DNA of 64,000 nt, from the NCBI GenBank assembly GCA_046563655.1, contig CM102289.1, positions 9,052,001 through 9,116,000 of the forward strand, given 5' to 3'. The DNA is from Yuukianura sp. NJ FZ-2021. Lineage: Eukaryota. The notes beneath the pieces are model-generated. The model made no database searches. It had not been told where the DNA came from and saw only the letters and a list, made by a program, of their open reading frames with translations. Below, piece after piece: positions 12,532 through 24,360 of the stretch; within the stretch, counting starts at the first letter, position 1, and every line of letters starts with the position of its first letter. The translations under genes were made by a program, and so were the position numbers.

Positions 12532-13821
12532 TTAGAAAAAAGTCGGAGCGACGTCCAGGACATTGTATGAGTCGTCAACCAGCAAAATTTGGCGCCATAG
12601 ACAAAACGTGTTACACGCATGGACGATATCGAAAGATAAAATATCTCCCGGATTTAGTTTATCCTCTTCGGATATTTCCATAAATGCATGTTGGTCCATC
12701 ACCTTAACAATCTTCCAGTGTTTTGGACAATCGCTGAAACAGCGTTTCTTTTCCTGTTCACCCTCACTTTTTGGCTGGACATGACAAACTTGAAATGGTT
12801 TTGGGAAGTCCACGTCCGTCGATACATCGCGCCGTCCGAAACCAATTATGGCCAGTGTCGGTTCCGGTCGTGACTGGACATAAGCTATGACCTTGAGAGC
12901 TGGTTGAAACATCTGAGCCATGTAACGCTCGGCCAATCGCAGCTCGGTTTCCTTGTACATTCCGACATCATGGATCGCGTAGCACCCCGGACGCAGAACC
13001 GGAACGATTTCTGTGGAAGCCGGGAAATATTTTTCAAGTAACGTATCGAGTTCGTCCGTCACAATGTCGAACCAAACCGATCCGGCTCCAGAGATGACCA
13101 GGTCCCGGCCATCGTCGAATGTCAATGACATAAACAGGAGAGCCTCAAACGCCTTGTTGCAAAACGCGCGAACTTCCGTTTCGGTTTTAAGGACTCCCTC
13201 AAAAAATTCTACTCCGGAAGTGACCAAAGTATTGTCAAACTTTTTGAGTTCTCTCAAAATTTCGGCCAATCCGGTCGCAGTTCTCACGCCTGTCCGTCCA
13301 CCGTCGACGCCGATTTCCACTAAAACACGGATTCGCTGCTTCTGCGCTCCAAAAAATGCTGCGAGTTCGTAGACATTGGTGACAGAGTCCACGAGACAGT
13401 AGAATTCCAACGTAGGATGCTTGGCCAGCATGTTAGAAATGATTTTCATGTTGGTTTTTCCTATCAGCTGATTGGCCATCAGGATTCGTTTGGTGGGGCC
13501 AATCTGTTGAACTACTAATGTCTGCTGGACATTGGCTGTCGTGAATCCCCACACTCCCTCCTTCCGCTGCTGGTCAATAATTTTGGGACACATTGTGGTC
13601 TTGACATGGGGACACAGTTTATACCCCATGTTAACAGCATACTTGGCCATCCGCTCAATGTTACTACACAGGACGGACTCAATGACGCAAACAGTCGGCA
13701 GACTTACGTCTTCCTCCAGGATGTTCCATTTCTGCGTTCCGGAGGTACCGTTCAGTATCGGTTTCCCGATTCCAAGACCTTTGTTCAGTTCCGAATCGGC
13801 GAATTCTACTGGATCGGACAT
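12532..13821 (-). CDS. Fold-type III PLP enzyme, bacterial D-serine dehydratase/'amino acid deaminase' (cryptic DSD)-like; intronless CDS
   Basis: PHVKT PLP-lysine motif, GGRTGVR, SGAGSVWFD, LRPGCYAIHD, GRRD, MDQHAF and an HxC metal-ligand motif (HAC). WNILEEDVSLP and the C-terminal WRQILLVD..Y.V.DV..TFF resemble proteobacterial homologues as I recall them. Confidence 0.88.
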   Translation of the reverse strand: MSDPVEFADSELNKGLGIGKPILNGTSGTQKWNILEEDVSLPTVCVIESVLCSNIERMAKYAVNMGYKLCPHVKTTMCPKIIDQQRKEGVWGFTTANVQQTLVVQQIGPTKRILMANQLIGKTNMKIISNMLAKHPTLEFYCLVDSVTNVYELAAFFGAQKQRIRVLVEIGVDGGRTGVRTATGLAEILRELKKFDNTLVTSGVEFFEGVLKTETEVRAFCNKAFEALLFMSLTFDDGRDLVISGAGSVWFDIVTDELDTLLEKYFPASTEIVPVLRPGCYAIHDVGMYKETELRLAERYMAQMFQPALKVIAYVQSRPEPTLAIIGFGRRDVSTDVDFPKPFQVCHVQPKSEGEQEKKRCFSDCPKHWKIVKVMDQHAFMEISEEDKLNPGDILSFDIVHACNTFCLWRQILLVDDSYNVLDVAPTFF

Positions 13822-13902
13822 AATTTTTTTTTACGTTTTTAACAGAAGTCAATGTATTGCGGGCGAACTGTGGAGGTCAAAGTTTCCGGAAAAAGCAAAA
13901 TC

Positions 13903-13964
13903 CTGAGAAAAATTGAATGAAAAATCGACTGAAACTTTCAAAAAAAATCTTAAGCCTCACTTAC
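13903..13964 (-). other. Predicted 62-nt spliceosomal intron in the 5' UTR of the dehydratase gene
   Basis: Minus-strand GTAAGT donor at 13964 and TTTTCTCAG acceptor at 13903, about 80 nt upstream of the ATG. Confidence 0.6.
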
Positions 13965-14382
13965 GTTAGTTCAGTTGCTCTGAAAACTTTTTTTTTGGAA
14001 TTTCGGAAATCTTAACTCAACTCTTCAAATGCTGTGGAATTCAAAATTTCCAAGCTTCTTTTTTCAAAACTGAAAGTGACAATGGTACACCCTCACGCCA
14101 CTGCAGTCTTAAGTAGTGTCAGAATCTTGTTGCTATCCTAGGTTAAACTAAAGCTAACCCGCTTTGTTTTTTCAAGTTTTACTGAAACAACAAAAGATAT
14201 GACTCGGAAAACTTGAAATTTTGAGTAAAGAAAGTACTTTTGAAAAATTTTGATATGGAGTTTGTTTATTTTTCGATGACTCAAACCTAACGTAAGGTTA
14301 TGTCAAGTACATTTGATGTACATAGGATGTTGATTAGAGGTCAAAGTTTATTGATTAGAGGTCATAGCTTATTGATTAGAGG

Positions 14383-15064
14383 TCACAACTCATTGACTGG
14401 TCCAACGATCGCCACTGCTTCAATTTCAACAAGAGCCTCAGGAATAGGCAAGCAAGCAACTTGATAAGCCATGCGAGCTGGAAATCTCTCTTTGAAGTCT
14501 GGAAATGGAAAAAAAATTGAATTGAAAAATTTTTATGGACTTTCAAAGTTTTGAATTTTCTTTTACATTCTCCATAGGCAGCATTCATGTCCTTAAAGTC
14601 TTTGATGTCTTTGAGTAACACGGTGACCTTCACAACTGAAATCCAAAAAACAGAAAAATGAAAAGATCATAATTTCAATAATTGGAAATTTTGGATTCAT
14701 GAAATTTTGATTCATTTTTTCATAAATTTTTTATACCATTTTTGAATGACGCTCCAGCAGCCTCCAGAATGTGTCCAATGTTATCCAGAGTTTGTCTCGT
14801 TTGACCTTTCATGCCTTCCACCAGCACTCCATCTTTCGTCATTCCAAGTTGTCCAGAAATGTACAAAGTCTTGTCAACCTGGACACCTTGACTTTTGTTA
14901 CAAAAAAAGAAAGTCATGTTACAAGGTCACGCAAGGTCACGCGTGTGACCTTCCATCATATAATACTCTTAGATTTCAACTTTTTACACTGTGTAATTTC
15001 ACCTGAGTGGAAGTGGAACTGGGTTGAGGTGTGGGCTTGTGATGATTTTCCGATTGGTGGCCAT
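14383..15064 (-). CDS. RIDA: RidA/YjgF/UK114 2-iminoacid (enamine) deaminase; exons 15064-15003, 14891-14737, 14635-14567, 14498-14383
   Basis: MATNRKIITS...SQGVQVDKTLYISGQLG...QTRQTLDNIGHILEAAG...VVKVTVLLKDIKDFKDMNAAYGEYF...FPARMAYQVACLP...VEIEAVA. The catalytic Arg (PAR) and the Glu of VEIE are retained. Confidence 0.95.
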
Positions 15065-15545
15065 TTTTTTCCCCAAAAATTTGAAAAACTTGAAGCTATT
15101 GGTTTTAAAATTGAACAAATTTAGCGCTGGAAAGACTGCTCCAACCAATTTCAAAAGCCAAAGTGAATTTTTTTTGCTTCCGAAGAGATTTCTTATGCTT
15201 ATGCAGAAGAAGATAGAAGTTTTTGGTTAGGTTTTATCGTGAGGGTGAATGAAAACATGACAAAGTGCTTTTGAAGAGTTCATGGCGTCATCCCGATGAC
15301 CTTGAACTCTTAAACTGTGCTTTTTTCATTTTGAACAACAATTTTGACTACAAAGGGAACTTTTATTTTGAAAACACCGAAATTTTACAAAAACATTGAC
15401 AAATTCGTTCACTACAAAAAGAGTGCTGCGTGATGGCGTTGTTTTGAAAACAGAACAAAAGTTGAAGTGATTTTTAATTGGAAGAAAAAGAAACCTCGAA
15501 ATTTTGAATTTCAAAACACCCGCGGTATTTTTTTTTTTGGAAAAA

Positions 15546-18500
15546 TTATGTCCGTTGACAAGCGTTCAGAACGTCGGTCATTTTCTGTTGAATTCCACCG
15601 ATTTCTCCCAGTTTGGAAGCGAGACGGGAGTTGATTTGGAGCAGAAGGCGGTTCCGTTCGTCTTGCATTTGAACAGTTTTGTTCAAAGTGACTTTCACGT
15701 CCTGAAATTTTCAAAATTTCAAAAAATGAAAATCAAAATTTTGAAAATACTAACATTGTCATCAAGTTCTTCTCGAAGCTTCAAAACTTCTTCTTCTTTC
15801 AGCGCCAATTGCCGATGAAGCGAGTCCGACCGTTTCCGGAGAATCTCGACTTGCTCAAAAAGCTTCAGCGTCGAACCACCATTGGATGAAACGTCGCCAC
15901 ACTTGTCGCCAGTGGTCGCCGGCGCTGCTGAATTGTCAGCATCTTGGATTTGGAGTTTCAATCGCTGATTTTCGCGCTTGTAAGACTCCAATTGCGATTT
16001 CCATTCTTCTACATTGGCAGCACATTCTTGCAGCGTCGTTGTGAGACGACTGTTGTTGGCTTTTAGATTTGACAGCTCGATTTCCCAGAGTTTGCTGTTG
16101 GCCGAACTAAAATGAAAATTTCCAAAAATTATTTCAAAATTGAGTTTCCTCTTTTCAAAATTTCAGTTTTTTCTACCTCTGCTGAAGTGCATTGCGCAAC
16201 TTTTCATTTTCTTGTTTCAGCAGCAGCGTTTCCGGAGTGTTGCGTCCTTCTTCGTCCTTGTCCAAGCACTGAATCCGTTTCGGACTGTCGACTTTAATTT
16301 TGCATGGACTTCCAAGTCCACATCCTGGAACGAGTGGCCGTCGCAGTTGATAAATGGAATTGGCATTCAAGTCAGTACTGGTTGAAGTAGGGCAGCCACT
16401 CCCAATGTTCCCAGCAGAAGTCGAAGAGTCAACCAATCCCTTGTTAACAGCATTCCCATTGGTTAATCTCGCATTCCCGCCAGAATTATTCGAAAGTCTT
16501 TGGGGACTGGACATGGAGAGGTGCAGAGTTTCTTTGATTTCGTCAAACTGCTCTTGGAACTGAAAAAAAGTAATGGATTCTGTTTGAACTTGAAAGTATA
16601 TAAGGTTTAGAGTAGGCAGAGGTCAAAGGTCAAAGGTCAAAGGTCACTGACCTTATCCAGATCCTGTTCCGTGTTGAATCCAATGCCGTAGACAGCATTT
16701 GACTTGGGGTCTGTCCACTGTCCAAACTTTTGTGACGTTTTGGTGAAAGTCATGGAAGGTCTCATGCAACTGTTGACAACAGCCTGCGGGAAACCAAAAG
16801 AAAAAGTGAAAGTGGCATGAAAATTTAAGTTGAAATTTTTTTGTTGTTGAAACTTTTGTTTTGAAATTTTAGTTTTTAGAAAGTATTTTTTGAAAAGAGT
16901 GGCCAGAGGGGGGTTTCTCATTTGTCATTTTGTGCTGGTGATGCCAAGTGCAGAGGTCCATTTGAAAAGAGAAAGTTGAGAATTCACAGCGTTATTTTGG
17001 TCGTGTCATTCGAAGTGACAGATTTATTGTGATGGGAGTACTATAATGTTTCAAAAGACTAAAAAAGACTAAAAAGACTAGAATTGCTAACCTTTGTTCC
17101 GTCGACACTTATGATTCGATACATTGCCCGCGTGGAGTCGTAGAAGAAGGAGACTGGCACGGCTGACTCAGTGGCTGGAACCCACGACTTCTTTGTCTCC
17201 TGGTTAATATGGAAGACATGGGCATGCACGGTCAGCAGAGGCTGCTGCCTAAAACAATAAATTTGAAATTTTTTTTGAAAACCAAACATTTTCAAAATTT
17301 TATCAGGTTCTTTACAAAAAACATGACATGAAACATTTTCATGTTTTTTTTTTTTGTTTCTGAAATAAATTGAATGTAAGTTCCTGTATGTCGTACTTTT
17401 CAGAGCTCATCTTCGTTCAAGCCGGTTAATTAACAACTAGTTGAGGTAAAAGTAATTGACTAATCAAGTTTTTGCACAGAGAATTTAAAAGAAAAACTCA
17501 AATCCAAACGAAGTGAGTTCTATTGCCCATGAGCACTGAAACACGATTTTACTTTTCAGAAATAAAAAAATCAAGGGTGGAAGAATTTTGAAAAATTTGA
17601 GATTACAAAAAGTCATCAAAATTCGTAAATAGGAAAAAAACATTTTGTGTTTCCATGGTGATTTTTTCTACTAAAAATTGAAATCATATAAAAACCCAAA
17701 ATGCATTGTGTCTGTACGAAAATTGAATTTGCCGCTTTTTCGCTTTTAAAAACACTTTTGCGTGTTTGAAAATTCGCTTCGTTGGATAGATTTTGACTTG
17801 ACACGGAAAACCATAAACCATGAAAACTAAAATCCTAAAAAAAATTTCTCCGGAAGCTTTCAGCAAAGCCCCAATTTCCGGACTTTGCAAAAGTGAAAAA
17901 AAAAATAGAAAAAAAGCAAAATAGAAATTTTGTCAAAAAAAAATGTTGGGAAACATTTTATCCAATTTCATGCATGTCTTGTTTGTGTTTTATGTAATGT
18001 TCACATACAGTGAAATTTGAAATTCGCGGGTTTTCTTTTTAAATCTTGTAAGATCCATTCATTACTCTTGAAAAGTCACCTTCTGGTGCTTCGGTCCGCG
18101 GAACAGCGGCATATTTCAAACTGCTCAAGTGAAAGTGAACATACTCCTTTGGCCTTAACATGTAGTAGCATGAGGAGGCTGTTGTGGAAGCATATGGCTA
18201 ACGAACTAAGAATCTGTCTCTAATTTAAATGCAGTGGAAACTCTTTTGTGGTCCATTTTCCAACAACCCCAATCCACATTTGTAGTTCCGGAAATAATTA
18301 AATTTGTGTCAAGCGGAGAGAACCAACCGTCCAAACTTTCTCCTCCGTTTACTCTCCAAAATTATTTTTTAAACTCAAATTACTTTTTACTTTATTACAA
18401 AAAGAAAAAAAAAACTTTTCAAAGTTGACTTTTCAGACTTTCTAAATTTGACTTTTCGTATTTTCTTTGAGAAAGAAAAGAGAAAGCCCATTTCCAAAAT

Positions 18501-19067
18501 TCAGAAGCGAAAGATGAACAAAATGGGCTTAATGCTATGTTTTGTTCAAATAATTTTGAATTTCCCGCCACAAACATTTCTCAAGTTTACAACAAAGTTA
18601 ACTTATGTTTTTACTCCTTAAGGAATTTGCTAAGTTTGTAATTGCTTGTGTTTCCAATGATCAAATTAAAGCATTTCACGATTTCGCAATAAATTTTGAA
18701 ACTAACAAGGCGGGAAAACACAATGGGTGTTCTAAAAAACACCTTCTTAGAAACACACCGCGTTCTAAAAACACTGTGTTCTGAAACACTGCGTTCTAAC
18801 GGTGTGTTAAGCCTAGTTTATACTTGAAAAGTTATGCTACCTAGAGTACCGTAAAACTTCTAACAAGCGCCTGGGCTCTATTGGACGCCCGAGGGCGTTC
18901 AACCCGGCAGATTTAAAAGTTAATGCCGAAAGGGAACCATAAAAATTAGAATAAGTGCCGGGGATTAAGTTGGAAATTTTACGGTAACGAAAGGTGTAGT
19001 AAGAGCCAGAGTTTATTAGTTAAGTTGAGTAATTAGAGGTGGGAATTAGATACCTTTTGCGTCCCAT
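15546..19067 (-). CDS. homer: Homer scaffold protein; exons 19067-19054, 17248-17092, 16783-16652, 16559-16177, 16106-15755, 15701-15546
   Basis: EVH1 domain ([46 protein letters not shown]) followed by coiled coil ([31 protein letters not shown]); all splice phases are consistent. Confidence 0.93.
18847..18986. mobile_element. MITE, Tc1/mariner-pogo-like, 140 bp including the flanking TA
   Basis: Left end TA-CCGTAAAACTTCTAAC; the right end reverse-complements to TA-CCGTAAAATTTCCAAC (18 bp, 2 mismatches); putative TA target duplication; no ORF. Confidence 0.7.
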
Positions 19068-21504
19068 TACGACACTTGAGAGGTACAGTTGCTGTAATTG
19101 TTCAGAACAAACTTCCCCACTGGAAGACATGACTCGCCTACCACACTAACCAGATTGACTTTTCAGCCTAACCTAACATGAACATAACCTGAGGCTAGTT
19201 CAGCCTAACTTGAAAGTTAACCTAACGAAGAAAGCCTTCCAGTAATGTTTGGTGGAGAAAGAGTGATAACTTGCTCTGGAGAAAGTTCGGGAGAGAATGA
19301 ACTCGAAATGGCCTGTTTTGTGCTAAAGTACAAAAAGAAGCTTCCTGGAAGGTGAAAGTTAGCAAGGCCAAAACCTCATCTTCACAAGACTCTTTTCCTG
19401 GATTGTGTACATTCTCTGATTTTTGAATTTTCCTGCATTGTGCTTTGACAAAAGTTTTAGTGATGCGCAAAATGCGTCCTCCAGGCTCTTCCGCTTTCAC
19501 TCAAAAGAGAAACACAGAAAATTTTGGTCTCTTTGAGGAAAAGTTTGGTCTCTTTTAAGTGAAACTGCGTTGCGTTTTGACTAATCAAATATTAAAGGAG
19601 AAAATGTGTCTAGTTGAGGGAAGCCAAACATCAATCCAAAACTGTGACACTAACTCAACAAAATTTAATTTATATGGAGATTTATTGGGGTTATGCCACA
19701 CCTTAGGCGAGCATAACTTTCTCCTGTGCCACGTCAAACATTTTGATTGAAAACCCAATTCTAAAATTTTGACATGAAACAACTCTTTTTCAAAAAAAAG
19801 CACAGCAGGAGTTACAGGCAGTTTTAGCCATACGTCGTTCCTTTCTTCTAAAATTCAAACCACAAAAACTTTCACTTTGAAAAAAAATTCTTTCGAAAAA
19901 AAATTCACCAATTTTTACGTTTTTGAAAAATCCTGTTAATGGTTTTCCACTTGACGTGAATGTTGAGAAAAATTTGTTATTAGATTAGGCCCACACTCAA
20001 ATCTGAAATCAGATTTTGTTTTCTAAATTTTTGAATTGCAACTTAGCACGACACGGTAATCGTACGTTAGACGTTTTTGTTTTTGCTTTCACTTGAGTTA
20101 TGAATAGAAAAGTTCAATTTGCAACGCTCGTAACTAAACTAATTCAAGATAAGTTTTGTTTTATGAAAAATTTGTGCAAATTTTATGGACGTTTACAGTT
20201 ATAGCGTCATTTTAGGAAAATTTCAACTCTGCATCAACATAATGGTGACATAAAGCTGCTCGACTATCTTATTTTTTTTGAAAACTGAATAAAAAATGTG
20301 ATTGACGCAACATTTCACGCTTCGATGAACAAAAAATCAGTTTTTTTTTTGTTTTGCAATCTTCGACGTTGTTGTTGCTTATTTTTTGCTACGCGTCGTT
20401 TCCATTTCTGACAGAAAAAAAAACGGAATTCGGGCTTATTTAGGCCAACTTTCTCCGCTGTTTCTTCAATCCTCTTCTTTCTGAGTTCGTTTTTCCTTTA
20501 AAAAGAATTTTTTTGAACATTTTTTAATAAAGAGGCTCCACAAAACGGACGGCATTTGGAATGAAAAAGGAAGCTTTTTGCACAAGGCAACTTTGAAGAT
20601 CGTGTGGCTATGCAGGGAGCATTTAGATGAGCTGATTAGAAAGGACGGCAGAATTCTTTGTAGGTCTCAAGGGCTTCTTCTCCAAAATTGTCTTTTTTCA
20701 AAAAATCCTGCTCTAGGACTTTCACCTTTCCAAAAAAAAGTATTGAAGAAAAGGCTTTTTTGGATTTTCACTTTTCAAAGTCTTCTGCGTTTCTTTTTTT
20801 TCTGGTTTTGGATTGATTTAAGAACAAAGTTTTTTGTTAAATGTTGAAATAAGAAAGTCTGCACAGTAACTCAAAAGTTCAATTTCAAAAAGCTTCCAAG
20901 ATCTTTTTTTTGCGCTTCTATAGATTTTGGTAATATGATCTGCCAAAATGGAAGAAGCGGTGTTTTTTTCTAAGTTTTATAGAAGTTTTTTTTTTAAAAA
21001 AAAAACGAAGTTTAACCTGGTAGTTAGTTGTCCCACTGAAAGGAAAAAGTGACAGTGAAAGCCAGAAAATGGATAACTCGATTGTCCCGTTTACTTTCTC
21101 CGGGAAACCATTTTCAAAAAAAAAAAAAGAACTTTTCGGCGGTTAAGTTCCAATTTTTTGAAAATAAAAGCAAACGCTAAAAGCTTGAGGCGCTTTAGAT
21201 AATATTATTTTATTTTCTCTAACGACATTGCATGTTTTTCTGCGCTTCAACCACTTATCAAAGAACGGATAAAAAATTGCAAAATTCTCAAAAAATTGGA
21301 TCATTTTCTATTTTTGAGGAAAGGACAAACATGAGAAATTGTCATGACGACGAAAGTTTTAAAAAAGTAACGGACAGGTTGACTTCAAAAAAAACTTTTG
21401 ATGATTTTTTTTTTGGCCAAACGTCTGTCTTCCGAATTTCGGTTTTTCTGAAACTCTTGTTCAAGTTTACACCAATTTTGGATCCGCATTGTTCTTCTTT
21501 AATC

Positions 21505-22158
21505 ATGGCTGCCTTCTTGGATATGGCGGTAAGTCAAAAGTTATTTTTCAAAATTTTTGGATAATTTTGAGTTCTCTGAATCTAAATCTTGTTTTTGTAC
21601 AGATCTATGAACTCCGCCAAACTGCTCTACTGGCTCTGCTGGCTTTCATGTTGAAAGGCCTCTTGGCCTTTTTGAACTTGGAAATTTTGCTGCCAATTTT
21701 TCTGATCCGAATTGTGTGGGTTCTGTCTGCTATGGGTTATAGTCTGTACAACGACTACCTCCAGATTTACTTGGCGACAGATGCCGAAGTTCGCTCTGTT
21801 CAAAGCCAAATGGTGAGAATTTGGCCAAAATTTTGCAAAACTCCTAAAATTGAATCAACATGTATCATTTTTGTTGTTTTCATAGGTTCGTTACGTCGTT
21901 CAACATTTGCTGGCCAATGCCAGTTGCAAGATTGCAAATTTGTACTGCCCCAATACATTTTCCATGTGGAGTGAACGGAACCACGATGCCTTGCTCGGTG
22001 ACGCTTTTTCTTCTTGCGCATGCTCTGCACACCACCTCTGCAATTTGGTACTCATCGGCCTCTCATGTACGTTTTCCACCGCACGGATTCGTGGTGGACT
22101 CATTTTGTCGGAAAATTTTGTGCGCTTTTGTAAATACCTGTCACAAAACTACTTTTGA
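21505..22158 (+). CDS. Orphan Cys-containing membrane protein, array copy 1; exons 21505-21528, 21603-21812, 21886-22158
   Basis: MAAFLDMA|IYELRQTALLALLAF...YNDY...SQM|VRYVVQHLL...YC...SSCACS..LC...ARIR.G...YLSQNYF*; two phase-0 introns. Confidence 0.8.
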
Positions 22159-22528
22159 TTTTCAATCACAACAATACTAAAAAATAATTAAAAAATACTA
22201 TAAATCTCACTAAAAGTGTTTCAAATGAAAATAAAATAAAGGCAATAAAATTTCATTTTATGAACATTTTGAAATTGGTGCCATTTCTTTGCTGCTGTTA
22301 AAATAAATTTCAATTTGGCAGAGTGATAAAAACGCGGACATCAGATACAGATAGCATCTTTGGACTCGCCATTTACCACAACGACAAATATGTTTTAAAA
22401 AACTAAACAAAATATTGATTTCAAATAACCTTTGAAGAATTTTTTCCTTCCAAACTTATTCCGAATTTTGTTTGTTTTTTTTTCCAAAAAGCTTTTTCAA
22501 GTTCAAGTGAAGTGTGGATCTGCAAAAA

Positions 22529-23284
22529 ATGTGTTCTTTTGTAATGGTGTCTGCATTCTTACGGGTGGTGGTGAGTCGAAAATCATTTTCAAAAATTTTG
22601 AAATACTTTTACATAATGGCAGGTGTAAGTTGTATCTTTCATCACAGTTCGCGACAATAAAAAAAAATAAAATAAAAAACTTTTACATATTTCTAACTTC
22701 CAAATTTTGTTTGAACAGAAGTATGAACTGCGCCAAACGACTTTGCTGTCTCTGCTAGCAATTTTTTTCCTATGCGTCTTATGGTTTTTGAATTTGGAAG
22801 TTTTGTTGCCACTATTTTGGATGCAAGTCGTAGCGGAATTGGTGGCGTTGATATTTTGTGTGTATAATGACTACGAGCAGATTTACTTGGCGCCAAATTC
22901 CGAATTTTGCTCCGTCCGCATCCAATTGGTGAGAGTTTCATGAAATTCCCAAAAATTTTTAACCTTTGCTAAAATTGAATTAAAATTTAAGTGTCTCTGT
23001 TATTTTGAAAGGTTCGTTTGGGTGTTCAGTATTTGCTGACAAAATCCAGTTTGAAAATAGAAAATTTGTACTGCCGAGGTGCATTTTCGATGGGGATTGA
23101 ACGGAATGAGGATGAAACGATTGCTGACGTCATTTCGTCCTGCGCATGCTCTGGACCGCTCTGCCATTTTGTACTTTTTGGCACCTACAGCACATTTTGC
23201 ATCGCCCGTATGCGCAGTGTAATAATTCTGCACGAAATCCTCTTGCCTGTTTGGGAATACTTGTCCCCTCATTTACACTTCTAG
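22529..23284 (+). CDS. Array copy 2; exons 22529 (or 22544)-22570, 22719-22928, 23012-23284
   Basis: Same exon layout and motifs (KYELRQT, YNDY, VRLGVQYLL, YC, SSCACSGPLCHF, YLS). Confidence 0.8.
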
Positions 23285-23720
23285 TTTTCATACAATAAGA
23301 ACTAAAACAAAATGTAAGTGTCACTTAAAATTGTATTAAATCAAAATTAAACAAATGAAATAGAGTTTCATTTTGTGTGTTTCACTATTGTGTGTAGCAA
23401 TTCTTTTGATTCTGTTAAAATAAATTTCAATTTGGCAAAGTGATAAAAAACGGCGCCACCAGATAAGATCTTGGACTTGCCATTTTTTCAAATAAGCACC
23501 GCATTGTACGAATAAAAAAAATTCAAAATTTTAGAAATTGCATCTTTTAAATTTTTGAGTAAATGAAAATCATTAGAAAGTACCGTGACGACAAAACTTA
23601 AAAAAAGAACGGACAAGGTAATTCCAAAAGAAACTTTTGATCAACTTTCTTTTTTCTCCGAAATTCAGTTTCTTTCTCAAACACTTTTTCAAGTTCAAGT
23701 CAACTTTGGATGTGCAAAGA

Positions 23721-24360
23721 ATGTCTTCTTTTGTAATCGTATCTGCATTCGTAGGAGTGGCGGTACGTCAAAATTCATTTTCAAAAATTTCGAAACATTT
23801 TGATTCATAACTTCCAAATGTTCTTTGAACAGACGTATGAACTTCGGCAAACGGCGCTGCTGTCTCTGCTAGCAGTTTTGTACATAGGCGTCGTTACGGT
23901 TCTGGATTTAGAATGTTTGATGCCAATATTATTGATGGGACTCGTTGCTCAATTGGTGGCGTTGATTTTCTGTTTATACAATGACTACATTTACTTTCCT
24001 CAATTTCGCTCCTTTCAGGCTCAACTGGTGAGAATTTCATTTATATGAAATTTTGGAAACTGAATTAAAAATTGAACATTTTTATTTTGAAAGGTTCGTT
24101 TTGGAGTTCAGCAGTTGCTGGCAAAATTAAGTTTTAAGATTGCAACTTTGTACTGCCAAGGTACATTTTCGATCTGGACTGAAAGGAGCGAGCTTGGAAT
24201 GATTGGCGACGTCTTTTCATCTTGCGCGTGCGCTGGGATACTCTGCCATTTTGTACTTTTTGCCATCTACAGCACATACTCCGCCGCTTGTTTACGCAGT
24301 GGAGTAATTCTTGCCGAAAATTTCTTTTGGGTTTTGGAATATCTTTCACGGTACTTTTAG
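23721..24360 (+). CDS. Array copy 3; exons 23721-23762, 23833-24027, 24094-24360
   Basis: Same layout; the homologous ATG is ATC but an in-frame upstream ATG is present; SSCACAGILCHF. Confidence 0.78.

Noticed and set aside
13013..13906. Plus-strand ORFs over the dehydratase
   Set aside because: Antisense shadows of the real minus-strand CDS.
12532..15064. Both genes co-transferred as a bacterial operon or dicistronic mRNA
   Set aside because: RidA has animal-like introns and its own AATAAA, and the dehydratase has its own predicted 5' exon. Not formally excluded without phylogeny.
19200..21200. Short ORFs in AT-rich sequence (also 5.4-9.9 kb, 27.3-30.4 kb and 32-35.6 kb)
   Set aside because: F/K/L/N-rich translations of poly-A/T tracts with no domain or splice support.
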